Made by a program: the position numbers and the translations under genes. A DNA stretch of 64,000 bases from an uncultured Phycisphaerales bacterium (GTDB lineage: Bacteria; Planctomycetota; Phycisphaerae; Phycisphaerales; SM1A02), in assembly GCA_938084645.1 (NCBI GenBank), contig CALKEP010000008.1, positions 64,001 through 128,000 of the forward strand, written 5' to 3'. Positions 52,261 through 62,786 of this stretch are shown here, one piece after another; the first letter of the stretch is position 1, and every line of letters starts with the position of its first letter. Below the pieces are notes generated by a model. It was not told where the DNA came from, searched no databases, and was given only the letters and a program-made list of their open reading frames with translations.

Positions 52261-53985
52261 ATGGAGGCCTCCCCCGTGGTGCAGCGATTTCGAGATTCCA
52301 TCACCGAACTCTCTCGTCGACTCGGCGAGCTCGGGCCATCGGCCCGTCTGCTCATCGGCTCGCTCGCCATCATTCTCGCGATGGGGTTCTTCCTCGTCTC
52401 GCAGTATGCCGCGGGACCCTCGATGTCTCCCATCAAGGTTCGAATCGAAGACAAGGCCACGGCGATCTCCAAGGTTCGCGAACTCGGTTACGAGGTCGAG
52501 GACGGTGGGGCCGACGTGATCATGGTCGACGTCCGCGAGAAGCGGTCGATCGCCGAGATGCTGGAGAACGACGGACTCGCTCCGACGATCGACGATGCGC
52601 CGGCGGCGGCGGGGTCCGGGTCCTGGCAGGCCGAATCGGAGATGCAGGAGACCTGGCGACGCGCCCGCGTCTCGGAGGCCGAGAAGAACATCCGGATGAT
52701 CGAGGGCGTGGACGGCGTCAACATCCTCGTCTCGACCGGCAAGCGGAAGGCCTTCGTCATCGACGGCCCCGCGCCGAAGGCCAGCGTCAACGTCCGCATG
52801 AAGTCGCGGGAGCTGGACCGGTCCACCGCGGAGTCGATCGCCTACATCGCGCTCGCGGTCGAGAACGACCTGGAGCTCGACAACATCACGGTCGTCGATG
52901 GTGGAAACGGTCGGACCTTCACGTTCGGCGAGGACGGAAGCGGCACCGGCGGCGACTATCTCTCCAAGGTCCGGGACTTCGAACGGGACGCGATCGCCAG
53001 GCTCTCCCGGGTGGTCCGCGTCGCGTTTCCGCGGGCCATGGTCAGCGTGAACGCGCAGATCCTCGTCGCGGACATCAGCGAACAGAAGACCCAGATCGGC
53101 AAGCCGGTGAAGGCGGAGCGATCGAAGCGGACCAACGAGTCGCGGACGCCCGCGGGATCGGGCGTCGGCGGATCCCCCGGCTTCCGATCGAACGCGGGCA
53201 CGGCCCAGGCCCAGATGGGCGGGGTGGCTTCGATCAACGGCAATCCCGCGTCCGGCGTCGACGTCGCGACCCGCGAGACCGAGGAGATCGAGAACGTGGT
53301 CGGCGTGCCCGGCGTGCGGACCGACATCAGCCAGCGGGCGAATCATCCGGTCAAGGTCACCGCGGCGATCCTGCTGTCGGAGGCCGAGGTCAAGGCGGCG
53401 ATCCGGGCGAACGCCGGTGGGGGGCTCGGGGACGATGAAGGCGCGACGGAGGTGACCGCGGAGGAGCTCGAACTCGAGAAGACGCGGATCCGGACCGAGA
53501 TCATCGCCCTGCTCGAGCCGCTGGTCGACAATTCCAGCCTGCGGGATGGTGGTGTGGGCGAAGTGAAGGTCGCCATCATGCCCTTCGCCAGCGACGCTGG
53601 ACTCCAGGCCGCCGACACGACGTCGGTGGTCGAGACGTTCGCGGGGATCACCGAAGGCGACACGGGCCGGGCCCTGAAGAACGCCGGGCTCGTCGGACTG
53701 GCCCTCGTCTCGCTCGCGATGATGTTCATGATGGTCCGCCGCTCCTCGGAGCCCGAGGCGATGCCGACGGTCGACGAACTGGCGGGCGTCCCCCCGGTGC
53801 TGGAGGACGACGCGCAGGAGATCGTGGGTGAGGCGGACGAAGTGACGCCCGCGCTGGTCGGCGTCGAACTGGACGACGAGGAGCTGCGTCGGCAGCAGAT
53901 GCTCGACCAGCTGAACGAACTGATCAAGAAGGAGCCGTCCGAAGTCGCGACCCTCCTTCGGCGATGGATGAGGACGGAGGGCTGA
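52261..53985 (+). CDS. fliF: Flagellar M-ring protein FliF (divergent)
   Basis: Two TMs flanking a periplasmic domain (IRMIEGV, KASVNV, NITVVDG, PGFRSN); C-terminal EPSEVATLLRRWM; located between fliE and fliG. Confidence 0.85.
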   Translation: MEASPVVQRFRDSITELSRRLGELGPSARLLIGSLAIILAMGFFLVSQYAAGPSMSPIKVRIEDKATAISKVRELGYEVEDGGADVIMVDVREKRSIAEMLENDGLAPTIDDAPAAAGSGSWQAESEMQETWRRARVSEAEKNIRMIEGVDGVNILVSTGKRKAFVIDGPAPKASVNVRMKSRELDRSTAESIAYIALAVENDLELDNITVVDGGNGRTFTFGEDGSGTGGDYLSKVRDFERDAIARLSRVVRVAFPRAMVSVNAQILVADISEQKTQIGKPVKAERSKRTNESRTPAGSGVGGSPGFRSNAGTAQAQMGGVASINGNPASGVDVATRETEEIENVVGVPGVRTDISQRANHPVKVTAAILLSEAEVKAAIRANAGGGLGDDEGATEVTAEELELEKTRIRTEIIALLEPLVDNSSLRDGGVGEVKVAIMPFASDAGLQAADTTSVVETFAGITEGDTGRALKNAGLVGLALVSLAMMFMMVRRSSEPEAMPTVDELAGVPPVLEDDAQEIVGEADEVTPALVGVELDDEELRRQQMLDQLNELIKKEPSEVATLLRRWMRTEG

Positions 53986-54011
53986 CCAGCGATGCCGGAG
54001 ACCGAACGCTC

Positions 54012-55052
54012 ATGACGATCCGACCGGGACAGAAACTCCCCGAGCTCGCCGACGAACTCGACGGCGTGGTGAAGAGTGCCGTGCTGCTCCTGCTGCTCGA
54101 TCCCGATGCGGCGGGTGCGATTCTCCGCGAACTCCCCACCGAATCGGTGGAGGAGGTCACCCGCGCCCTCGCGTCGCTGGGTGACGTTCCCTCTCAGCTG
54201 GGCGAAGGGATCGTCAACGAGTTCTACGGACTCGCGATGGCCCAGGGCTGGGCCCGTGAAGGTGGGCTCGACTACGCCACCCGGCTGCTGAAGGACTCGC
54301 TCGAGGGCGGGGTGGCGGACCGCGTGATCCAGCAGATCCAGACCCAGGTGCAGCGGACGCCCTTCGCGTTCCTGCAGAAGGCCGAGACGGAGAACCTGCT
54401 CACCTTCATCCAGGACGAGCATCCCCAGACCATCGCGCTCATCGTCAGCCACCTGCCGCATCACAAGGCCTCCGAGATTCTCGGCGGGCTTCCGGAGGAG
54501 CGGCAGATCGAGGTCGTCCGGCGGGTCGCGAACATGGAGCAGACCAACCCCGAGGTCATCCGCGAGGTCGAACGCGGGCTGGAGGCCAGGTTGAGCAACA
54601 TGATCATGCACTCCACCGAGCGGGTCGGCGGCGTCGACACCGTCGCCGAGATCCTGAACCTGTGCGATCGCAACACCGAGCGATCGATCATGGAGGGTGT
54701 GGAGTCGGAGGACCCCGATCTCGTCGAGGAGATCCGCCGGCTCATGTTCGTCTTCGACGACATCAAGCTCGTCGACGACAAGGGCATCCAGCGGATGCTG
54801 AAGGAGATCGAGAACGACGAACTCTGCCTGGCGCTGAAGATGGCGTCTCCGGAGCTCACGGAGAAGATCCTCGGAAACATGTCCAGTCGCGCGTCCGAGA
54901 TGATCAAGGACGACATGGAATTCATGGGGCCCGTCCGGGTGAGCGACGTCGAGACCGCGCAGCAGCGGATCGTGGACGTCGTCCGGCGGCTCGAGGACGC
55001 CGGCGAGATCGTCATCGCGGGTCGTGGTGGTGGGGGCGACGTGGTCGTCTGA
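54012..55052 (+). CDS. fliG: Flagellar motor switch protein FliG
   Basis: KSAVLLL, GGLDYA, EHPQTIA and MFVFDDI motifs; torque helix NMSSRASEMIKDDMEFMGPVR. Confidence 0.97.
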   Translation: MTIRPGQKLPELADELDGVVKSAVLLLLLDPDAAGAILRELPTESVEEVTRALASLGDVPSQLGEGIVNEFYGLAMAQGWAREGGLDYATRLLKDSLEGGVADRVIQQIQTQVQRTPFAFLQKAETENLLTFIQDEHPQTIALIVSHLPHHKASEILGGLPEERQIEVVRRVANMEQTNPEVIREVERGLEARLSNMIMHSTERVGGVDTVAEILNLCDRNTERSIMEGVESEDPDLVEEIRRLMFVFDDIKLVDDKGIQRMLKEIENDELCLALKMASPELTEKILGNMSSRASEMIKDDMEFMGPVRVSDVETAQQRIVDVVRRLEDAGEIVIAGRGGGGDVVV

Positions 55053-55067
55053 CCCGGGAGACTCTCG

Positions 55068-55856
55068 TTGCCGATCGTCAAGAACGCACAAGCTCGTGAA
55101 CTGCTCGGATCCGCGGTCGTCCTCGACCTCGCGGACGTGCGTCGCGAAGCCGTGGAGCTCGTCGCGTCGGCCCGGCTCGAAGCGGATGCGATCCTCGCGG
55201 CCGCTCGCGAGGAGGCGGCCCGTCTCGCGGGCGACGCGGCCGGGACCGGCCGCGCCGAAGGACTCGAGGCGGGGCTCGCGGAAGGTCGGGAGGCGGGACT
55301 CGAAGCGGGCCGGACGGAAGGACGTGCCGAGGCCATGGCCTCGATGTCGGAACGACTGGAAGCGATCGCGAGCGGCTGGAGCGAATCCCTCGAAGCATTC
55401 CTCGCAAGCCGCGACACCCTTCGCGAGGAGGCTCGTCGCGACCTGCTTCGGCTATCGATCGCGATCGCGGAGCGGGTCTTGGGGCGACTGCCGGCCCACG
55501 ATCCCGGCCGCGTCGCCGAACACGCCGCGGCGGCGATCGACATGCTCGCCGCAGCGACCGCGATCCGCCTCCGGGTGCATCCCGAGGATCTCGAGATCGT
55601 GAAGGTCCATTTCGAGGACGTGCTCGGCATCGTGGGCGCCGGTTCGGATCACGACCTGATCTTCGAGACGGACGCGGCGATCGTTCGCGGTGGCTGCGTG
55701 GCGGCCGCGGCGGACGGCGAGGTCGACGCGAGGCTGGATGTCCAGATGTCGCGCATCGTGAAGGGGCTCTTTCCGGAACTGCTCGAGTCACCGTCGGTGG
55801 ACGACGACACCGGAGATCGCGAGCCTCCGTCGGCGACCGCGGAGGAAGGCGAATGA
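55068..55856 (+). CDS. fliH: Flagellar assembly protein FliH
   Basis: GxxxG repeats (GRAEGLEAGLAEGREAG), LRVHPED and GGCV motifs; TTG start. Confidence 0.9.
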   Translation: MPIVKNAQARELLGSAVVLDLADVRREAVELVASARLEADAILAAAREEAARLAGDAAGTGRAEGLEAGLAEGREAGLEAGRTEGRAEAMASMSERLEAIASGWSESLEAFLASRDTLREEARRDLLRLSIAIAERVLGRLPAHDPGRVAEHAAAAIDMLAAATAIRLRVHPEDLEIVKVHFEDVLGIVGAGSDHDLIFETDAAIVRGGCVAAAADGEVDARLDVQMSRIVKGLFPELLESPSVDDDTGDREPPSATAEEGE

Positions 55857-57211
55857 CGTTCCTCGAAGCCGCCGTCGACACGGTTCGAAGTTTCGAGTCC
55901 CGGGCGATCGTCGGGACCGTGGACGCGGTCCGCGGCCTCACGGTCCTGGTCCGCCGCTTTCGCGTGCCGATCGGCTCCGTGGTTCGCATCGGTGGTGACG
56001 ACCCGCGACGGGAGGGCGTGCTCGGCGAGGTCGTCGGCTTCGACGAGACCCGGGCGATCGTGATGCTCCTTGGTGGAGCGACGGGCACGTCGCCGGGGGA
56101 CCGGGTGCATCTCGAACGGGTGAGCGACTCGATGATGGTGGGGGATGCGCTGCTCGGCCGGGTCGTCGACGGGCTCGGGAATCCCATCGACGGTGGCCCG
56201 CCGCCGTCGGGACTGAACCCGCGGCCGCTCTTCCCGCCGATTCTCAATCCGATGGCACGAGGCATGATCTCGGAGCCGCTCGGCACCGGCCTGCGGGCGC
56301 TCGACGGACTTCTGACCATCGGGAAAGGCCAGCGGATCGGCATCTTTTCCGGGGCGGGGGTGGGCAAGAGCACGCTGCTGTCGGGAATCGCCCGGGGGAC
56401 GAGTGCCGATGTGAACGTGATCGCCCTCGTCGGGGAACGTGGTCGCGAGGTCAAGGAGTTCATCGTCGACGCGCTGGGTGGCGAGGGGCTCGCCCGCTCC
56501 GTCGTCGTCGTCGCGACGGGCGACGAGAGTCCGTTGCTTCGAGTGCGGGCGATGGCCGCCGCGATCACCGCCGCGGAGCACTTCCGTGATCGCGGACTCG
56601 ACGTGATGCTGATGGTCGATTCGGTGACGCGGTTCGCACAGGCCCAGCGTCAGATCGGCCTCGCCGCCGGCGAGCAGCCGGCCACCAAGGGCTACACGCC
56701 TTCGGTGTTCTCGCTGCTGCCGCAACTCCTCGAACGGGCGGGCGGCATCGACGGCGCCGGCTCGATCACCGGGATCTACACCGTGCTGGTGGAAGGCGAC
56801 GACCTCAACGAGCCGGTGGCGGACGCCGCCCGCGGCATTCTCGACGGGCACGTAGTGCTCAGCCGGCGGCTCGCCGCCCGCGGTCACTTCCCCGCCATCG
56901 AGCCGCTCGACTCCATCTCCCGGGTCGCGGACCAGGTGAGCGAACCGAACCACGAGGTCGCGCGGCGGCGGGTGATCGAACTGCTTGCGGCCTACCGCGA
57001 GAGCGAGGAGTTGATCAACATCGGCGCCTACGCGAAGGGGTCGAATCCGATGACCGACGTGGCGATCGCCCTTCGTCCGCGGCTGGATGCCTTTCTCCGG
57101 CAGGAACGGGACGAACGATCGGCCTTTCCCGACACCTGCCGGGCGTTGTACGAACTCGCCGCCGAGAGCGAGCGGCTCCGACAGGCGGCCACCGCCGCGA
57201 CCGCGTCCTGA
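55853..57211 (+). CDS. fliI: Flagellar export ATPase FliI
   Basis: GAGVGKST, GERGREV, DSVTRFA, GYTPSVF and ILDGHVVLSR motifs. Confidence 0.97.
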   Translation: MTFLEAAVDTVRSFESRAIVGTVDAVRGLTVLVRRFRVPIGSVVRIGGDDPRREGVLGEVVGFDETRAIVMLLGGATGTSPGDRVHLERVSDSMMVGDALLGRVVDGLGNPIDGGPPPSGLNPRPLFPPILNPMARGMISEPLGTGLRALDGLLTIGKGQRIGIFSGAGVGKSTLLSGIARGTSADVNVIALVGERGREVKEFIVDALGGEGLARSVVVVATGDESPLLRVRAMAAAITAAEHFRDRGLDVMLMVDSVTRFAQAQRQIGLAAGEQPATKGYTPSVFSLLPQLLERAGGIDGAGSITGIYTVLVEGDDLNEPVADAARGILDGHVVLSRRLAARGHFPAIEPLDSISRVADQVSEPNHEVARRRVIELLAAYRESEELINIGAYAKGSNPMTDVAIALRPRLDAFLRQERDERSAFPDTCRALYELAAESERLRQAATAATAS

Positions 57212-57228
57212 TCAGAGGTACCTCGTCC

Positions 57229-57684
57229 ATGCCCCGATTCCGCTTCCAACTGCAGGCCGTGCTCGACGCCAGGCTTCGCGCCGAACGGGAGGAACGACGT
57301 CGCGTGGCGGAGCTGGAGGCGTCGCGACGTCTTCTGGAGGACGGGCTGCGGCGACGCCAGTCCCAGATCGGCGAATCGAGGTCCCAGCTTCGAGGCCGGT
57401 TGGAAGGGCGAATCGACGCTTCAAGTCTCCGTGGTCAGGCCAATGCTTCGCTCGCCGAGATGCGGGACGCCCAGCGGGTGGTCCTCGAACTGGCGGGGAT
57501 CCATCGGCGGCTGGAGGCGCTTCGCGAGGATCTGCGGAAGGCCTCCCGGGCGCGACGCGCCGTCGAGATCCTCAAGGAACGTCGATTCGAGGCGTGGCGA
57601 CGCGAAGAGGATCGCCGTGAGCAGGCCGAATTCGATGAAATGGCCGTGATCCGCGGATCACGACGACAGGTGGAGGCACGCTGA
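57229..57684 (+). CDS. fliJ: Flagellar export protein FliJ
   Basis: FRFQLQAVL N-terminus, coiled coil and C-terminal EQAEFDE. Confidence 0.88.
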   Translation: MPRFRFQLQAVLDARLRAEREERRRVAELEASRRLLEDGLRRRQSQIGESRSQLRGRLEGRIDASSLRGQANASLAEMRDAQRVVLELAGIHRRLEALREDLRKASRARRAVEILKERRFEAWRREEDRREQAEFDEMAVIRGSRRQVEAR

Positions 57685-58445
57685 TGCGAACGATCTGGAA
57701 CATGGTGGCCTTTCTCGCCGTGGTGAATCTCCTTGCGATCGGACTCGCGGTCGGGTGGCTGGGTTGGACGGGACGTCTCGATCGCGCTCGAGTCGACGAG
57801 GTTCGCGAACTCTTCAGGATTCCGACCTCGGAAGCCGCGCGACTCGTCAGTGAGCGAGCCGCGTTCGAGGCGCAGGCCGCGGAGGAGGCGATCGAACTCG
57901 AACGCTGGGGGCAGATGCCCTTCTCGACGGAAGGAGCGATCGACGCGCAGGAGCAGTACCGCGAACTCGAGCGACTCGGACAGGCACGCCTGCAGCGTCA
58001 GGCCGAGACGCTCAAGCGGGAGATCGATCAACAGGCGTCCCAGTACGACCGGATCCTCGTGGCGAAGTCCGCGGCACTCGACGCGCGGGAGGCGAGGATC
58101 GCCACGATGGAAGCGAGGTCCCGGGATGCCGAGTTCGTCCGACTGGTGGGTGATGTCGGGGCGATCGAGATCGATTCGGCGATCGCGGTGGTCGAGGACT
58201 TCCTCGCCAGGGACGAGGAGGTCCTCGTGGTCGACCTGCTCGCGGCGGTCGACGAGGAGCGCCGACAGGAGATCCTCGAAGGCTTCGTCGAACGGGGCAA
58301 GACCGCGATGGCAGGGGACTTGCTCTTGAAACTCCGAGATCGAACCGCGATCGACGCGGTGGATCCGGAGAACCCCGATGCAGGCGATGCCGATTCAACC
58401 CGCGATTCAGCCTCCAACGCCCCGAGAGGCGGATTCCAGGCCTGA
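57684..58445 (+). CDS. MotE/FlbB-like membrane-anchored coiled-coil flagellar protein
   Basis: N-terminal TM, long coiled coil and MgtE-N-like helical C-terminus; usual position between fliJ and fliK. Confidence 0.65.
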   Translation: MRTIWNMVAFLAVVNLLAIGLAVGWLGWTGRLDRARVDEVRELFRIPTSEAARLVSERAAFEAQAAEEAIELERWGQMPFSTEGAIDAQEQYRELERLGQARLQRQAETLKREIDQQASQYDRILVAKSAALDAREARIATMEARSRDAEFVRLVGDVGAIEIDSAIAVVEDFLARDEEVLVVDLLAAVDEERRQEILEGFVERGKTAMAGDLLLKLRDRTAIDAVDPENPDAGDADSTRDSASNAPRGGFQA

Positions 58446-59955
58446 CCAGCCGCCGTTCGCGGGGACCCTCGAGGACGCCTCGCGGTCCTTCTCCCCGGGG
58501 CGCGAAGATGGCATGCGGCGCGAAACCGGCGCGAGCGAGTCCGCGGATCCTGCGCCCCCGGCGACCGTCGGACCCGCCGAGCCCTCGACACGACCGACCG
58601 ACGACGCCGACGGCGATGCCGTCCGAAACGACGACCGTGACCCCGTGAACGTCGACGCGCCATCGAGTGCGCCGGGGGACGCGGCCGATGAGTCGGATCA
58701 GGCGCACGCCGGCGTGAACACTCCCGCCGCGTCGATGGGATCCGGCGATCCCGGGCCGTTCGTGGAGAAGGGGACTCCGGCCGGCGCCGTGACCACCTTC
58801 GAGGGCATCGGAGATCGTGGCGATGCCGCGGTCGCCAGCGGGGACGGCTCGACGCGTCTCCGCGGAACCGGAGCCCCGGGTGTGGATGCCGGGCGCGGAA
58901 CGTCGCCGCAGGCGGCCATCCCGACCCACCTCGACTCCAATGCCGATCCGTCGACGTCCACGGCGACTTCCGGGCAGGGCCTGGTCACCGCGACCGCCGC
59001 GGCGTCCGCGACCAACGGCGTTCGAACCACGAGCGACCGACGACTCACCGCAGGGATCGCATCGGGTGGATCGACCCCCGCCGCGACCTCCACCACCACC
59101 TCGACCCCGACCTCCATGGTCGATGGGGCGAAGGCGATTCCCGATGGCATGCGTGGGGTCGATCCGGCGGTGGTGAACGACCTCGGCCCGCGATCAAAGG
59201 GATCCGCCACTGAGGAGAAGCCCACGCGGCCGCGGGGAGCCAGCGCCGTGGTCCGCGCGGCCGAGATGAACACGGAACTTCGAAACGCCCGAGCCGAGGG
59301 TGATGCGAGCCAGGGCTCGAGGCCGGGCCAATCGCAGGGATCGACGGGCTTCGCCGCGGCCGGTTCGATGTCGGTCGCCGCCGCGAGCTCCGGGCCGGCA
59401 TCGCCCGGACCGGAAGCGCAGTCCCTGCCGAACGGACCGGCGTCGGTTGCGCCGATGGAGGCAGGAGCGGAGTCTGGACGCACCGTCGCCGGGGTGGCGC
59501 GGGGCCTTCAAGCGCTGAGCTCGCAGCGGGGTGGAACCCTCGTGATGCGGCTGGATCCGGGAAATCTCGGTCAGGTGCGAATGGAAATGAGCCTCGACGC
59601 CGGCCGGGTGCAGGTGGTCATCGCGGCCGCCGGGGATGCGGCACGCGGGTTGCTTCGTGAGAACCTGGGTGTGTTGCGACACGCCCTCGAGGATCGCGGC
59701 TTCGCGGTCGAGCGACTCACGGTCGAGTCGACGGCCCGCACCACCGCGGACTCGTCGGGGCCTCGCGGGGATTCCCGCGGCGACGGGCAGGATGCCCGCG
59801 GAGGCCAGGGATCGTCCGATCGGCAGGATGCCTCGGACGAGCGAAGTCGGGGACGACGCGACGACGCGACGCACCGACGATCGGAACGGGGCCGGTCCGA
59901 TTCGGACCGCTTCGATGAGGTGCTCGCCGGGTCCGGCGGCACTTCGAGCGAGTGA
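58378..59955 (+). CDS. fliK: Flagellar hook-length control protein FliK
   Basis: Low-complexity Ala/Thr/Ser/Pro N-region, then MRLDPGNLGQVRMEM...LRHALEDRGF C-domain. Start uncertain. Confidence 0.85.
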   Translation: MQAMPIQPAIQPPTPREADSRPDQPPFAGTLEDASRSFSPGREDGMRRETGASESADPAPPATVGPAEPSTRPTDDADGDAVRNDDRDPVNVDAPSSAPGDAADESDQAHAGVNTPAASMGSGDPGPFVEKGTPAGAVTTFEGIGDRGDAAVASGDGSTRLRGTGAPGVDAGRGTSPQAAIPTHLDSNADPSTSTATSGQGLVTATAAASATNGVRTTSDRRLTAGIASGGSTPAATSTTTSTPTSMVDGAKAIPDGMRGVDPAVVNDLGPRSKGSATEEKPTRPRGASAVVRAAEMNTELRNARAEGDASQGSRPGQSQGSTGFAAAGSMSVAAASSGPASPGPEAQSLPNGPASVAPMEAGAESGRTVAGVARGLQALSSQRGGTLVMRLDPGNLGQVRMEMSLDAGRVQVVIAAAGDAARGLLRENLGVLRHALEDRGFAVERLTVESTARTTADSSGPRGDSRGDGQDARGGQGSSDRQDASDERSRGRRDDATHRRSERGRSDSDRFDEVLAGSGGTSSE

Positions 59956-59973
59956 GTCACGGAGGTTTCTTCC

Positions 59974-60393
59974 ATGAGTGCGATTCCATCGGCAGCATCG
60001 AGCGTGGCGGGCAACTCCGGCGTCAATCGATTCAACGAGATGTCCTCCGAGGACTTCATGCAGATCATCTTCACGGAACTGCAGCAGCAGGATCCGTTCG
60101 AGCCCAACGACTCCTCCGCGCTGCTCGATCAGTTGAATTCGATCCGCCAGATCGAATCCGACATCTCGATGACCGAGAAGCTCGAGAACATCGTCTTCCA
60201 GAACCAGCTCTCCTCCGCGGGCAATCTGCTCGGCAAGACCGTCCAGGGCATCCTGCCCACCGGCGATCGAACCGCGGGTTCGGTGCTCTCCGTGCTGCGT
60301 GAGGGCGACACCGTGTCGCTCGAACTGAGCAGCGGCTACCTCCTGCCCATGGACAACGTCGAGATCATCGTCGACCCCAGCACGCTTCCCTGA
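59974..60393 (+). CDS. flgD: Flagellar hook capping protein FlgD
   Basis: FMQIIFTELQQQDPFEP and LLGKTV motifs; GGAGG RBS. Confidence 0.92.
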   Translation: MSAIPSAASSVAGNSGVNRFNEMSSEDFMQIIFTELQQQDPFEPNDSSALLDQLNSIRQIESDISMTEKLENIVFQNQLSSAGNLLGKTVQGILPTGDRTAGSVLSVLREGDTVSLELSSGYLLPMDNVEIIVDPSTLP

Positions 60394-60457
60394 TCATCGT
60401 TCGATCCGCGCTCGATCCGTTCTCACCCCGCCTCGGGACCCATCCGGAAACCCGCAC

Positions 60458-60982
60458 GTGAACATCGATCCCCGACAACTTCTCCGACGACTGGAACCGG
60501 CGGTCCGACCCGCCGGGAACGTCTCGTCGGCGGAGGGCCGGGCGTCGGTCGACACCGCGGGCTTCGACGATCTCCTCGCCCGCGCCGCCGACGGCGAGTT
60601 CGCGAGCGGTCGTTCGATCGACCAGGCGGGGCTCGACGAGCCGGTCGAGGAAGGGTTCGCCGAGCGGCTCGCCGGCATCGCCGACGCCGCGGAGGCCGCG
60701 GGCTACCAGCGGGTACTCGTGATCGCCGAGGACCGACCGCTCCTGCTCGAGGTCGCGGAACGCCGGATCGACGGCGAGCTCGCCGCCGACGACGCATCCT
60801 TCACGCCGCTGCTTCCGATCGACGCCGCGGTCCGACTCGGCGGCGACGCCGAGGTCACGCCCACGACCGCCACCGGGCCGGTCGCCACCAGTCTTCCCCC
60901 CGGGATCGTCGAGGCGCTCGAACGCGGCTCCAGCGGTCCGGAATCCGAATCACCGTCCATCACACGCGACGACGCGGCCTGA
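60458..60982 (+). CDS. Putative flagellar operon protein (flgD-flgE intergenic family)
   Basis: LAGIADAAEAAGYQRVLVIAEDRPLLLEVAERRI...IDAAV resembles the small family often found between flgD and flgE. Confidence 0.6.
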   Translation: MNIDPRQLLRRLEPAVRPAGNVSSAEGRASVDTAGFDDLLARAADGEFASGRSIDQAGLDEPVEEGFAERLAGIADAAEAAGYQRVLVIAEDRPLLLEVAERRIDGELAADDASFTPLLPIDAAVRLGGDAEVTPTTATGPVATSLPPGIVEALERGSSGPESESPSITRDDAA

Positions 60983-61009
60983 GCCGCCGAGCGAGTCCAG
61001 GAGTCCGAC

Positions 61010-62749
61010 ATGGCATCCACCACCGCACTCTTCACCGGTCTTTCCGGTCTCACCAGCAACTCGCGTCGTCTCGACGTGATCGGCAACAACATCGCCAACG
61101 TCAACACGACGGCCTACAAGTCGAATCGCATGACGTTCGCGCCGACCTTCAGTCGCAACTTCTCGCTCGGCACCGCGCCGGGCGACGCGACCGGTGGCAG
61201 CAACCCCGGCCAGATCGGCCTCGGCGTCACCATCGGCGGCACCCAGCGCAACTTCACCAACGGTGCGATCGGAGTCACCGGCGTGGCGACCGATCTCGCG
61301 ATCGAGGGTGACGGCTTCTTCATCGTGAACCAGGCGGGTTCGCGGTACTTCACCCGGTCGGGCGGCTTCATCCGAAACCCCGAGAACGATCTGATGACCC
61401 AGTCCGGGGCGAAGGTCATGGGCTACGAGGTCGACGACCAGTTCAACATCGTCGAGGGCAACCTCGCGGAACTGAACATCCCGGTGGGAACGCTGACCCT
61501 CGCCGAGCAGACCAGCAACGTGATCTTCAACGGCAACCTGAACGCGTCCGGCGAGATCGCCACCACCGGTTCGGTGCACGAGTCCCGAGCGTTCTACACC
61601 GATGCCGGCGGCACCACCCCGGTCGACGCGTCGACCCAGTTCGGTGTCCAGGACATCTACGTGAGCGACGGGGCGGGCGGCTTCACCCTCGCCTTCGAAG
61701 CGGCTTCGGTGGTCGGCAGCACGATCACCATCGCCGGGGTCGAGAAGGGCGGCAAGGATCTGGGATCCGCCAGCTTCGAGATCACCAGCCTCGCGACGAC
61801 CTTCGGCGACTACGTCGACTTCCTCGACGAGTACCTCGGCACCGACTCCACCGCGATCGGCAGTGTCAGCGATCTCGGTGGCTCGGTCGTGATCGGCGCA
61901 GACGGTTCGATCGTGATCACCGGCAACGAAGGCACGGTGCAGGATCTCGACATCGAGACCGGTGACATCACCATCGACACCCCGGGTGCCGGGCTCGCCA
62001 ACCCCCTCGTGATGTCCAAGATCTCCGACGCGGAGGGCGAGAGCGTCCGGACGAGCTTCGTGGTCTACGACTCGCTGGGCACGCCGCTCACCATCGATCT
62101 CTCCTTCGTGCTGCAGGGCACCCAGGCCTCCGGTGGCACGACCTGGGAGTTCGTCGCCGAGTCCAGCGACAACGACGCCGCCGACCGCCTCCTCGCCCTC
62201 GGCGAGGTCAGCTTCGATGCGAACGGTCGATTCGTCGGTGCGACCAACCAGAGCTTCTCGATCCAGCGGGCGAACGGTGCGGTCAACCCGCTCACCGTCA
62301 ACATGGACTTCGACAGCGGCACCGACTCGGTGTCGAGCTTCACCGACAGCGCGAGCAACTTCGCGGCCGTCTATCAGGACGGCTCGCCGATCGGGACCCT
62401 CGGTTCGTTCTCCATCGGCGAGGACGGGATGATCTCCGGTTCCTTCACCAACGGGCTCACCCGCACCATCGGTCAGGTCGCGCTCGCCAAGTTCTCCAAC
62501 CCGGAAGGACTGGTCGACGTCGGCGACAACCTCTTCGGCAGCGGCCCGAACTCGGGCACGCCGCTGATCGCGACCGCCCGGGAGTTCGGCACCGGCCGGA
62601 TCGTGGGGGGCGCCCTCGAACTCTCCAACGTGGACCTCTCGCAGGAGTTCATCGACATGATCCTCGCGTCGACCGGCTATTCGGCCGCAAGTCGGGTGAT
62701 CACGACGACCGATGAACTGATGACGCAGCTGCTCGCCCTCGGTCGTTGA
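61010..62749 (+). CDS. flgE: Flagellar hook protein FlgE (long form)
   Basis: DVIGNNIANVNTTAYK, DLAIEGDGFF, YDSLG and LELSNVDLSQEF motifs; AGGAG RBS. Confidence 0.96.
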   Translation: MASTTALFTGLSGLTSNSRRLDVIGNNIANVNTTAYKSNRMTFAPTFSRNFSLGTAPGDATGGSNPGQIGLGVTIGGTQRNFTNGAIGVTGVATDLAIEGDGFFIVNQAGSRYFTRSGGFIRNPENDLMTQSGAKVMGYEVDDQFNIVEGNLAELNIPVGTLTLAEQTSNVIFNGNLNASGEIATTGSVHESRAFYTDAGGTTPVDASTQFGVQDIYVSDGAGGFTLAFEAASVVGSTITIAGVEKGGKDLGSASFEITSLATTFGDYVDFLDEYLGTDSTAIGSVSDLGGSVVIGADGSIVITGNEGTVQDLDIETGDITIDTPGAGLANPLVMSKISDAEGESVRTSFVVYDSLGTPLTIDLSFVLQGTQASGGTTWEFVAESSDNDAADRLLALGEVSFDANGRFVGATNQSFSIQRANGAVNPLTVNMDFDSGTDSVSSFTDSASNFAAVYQDGSPIGTLGSFSIGEDGMISGSFTNGLTRTIGQVALAKFSNPEGLVDVGDNLFGSGPNSGTPLIATAREFGTGRIVGGALELSNVDLSQEFIDMILASTGYSAASRVITTTDELMTQLLALGR

Positions 62750-62786
62750 CGATCGAAGGGCCGAGTCGCTCGAAGACGACGAGCCC

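Noticed and set aside
55250..55335. Repetitive DNA inside fliH
   Set aside because: It encodes the normal FliH GxxxG repeats.
52261..57684. Non-flagellar type III secretion injectisome
   Set aside because: Rod (flgB, flgC), hook (flgD, flgE), fliE and a FliG with an intact torque helix identify a flagellum.
61519..61545. Spirochaete-type lysinoalanine self-crosslinking hook
   Set aside because: The corresponding segment reads FNGNLN with no catalytic Cys, and the FlgE translation contains no cysteine.
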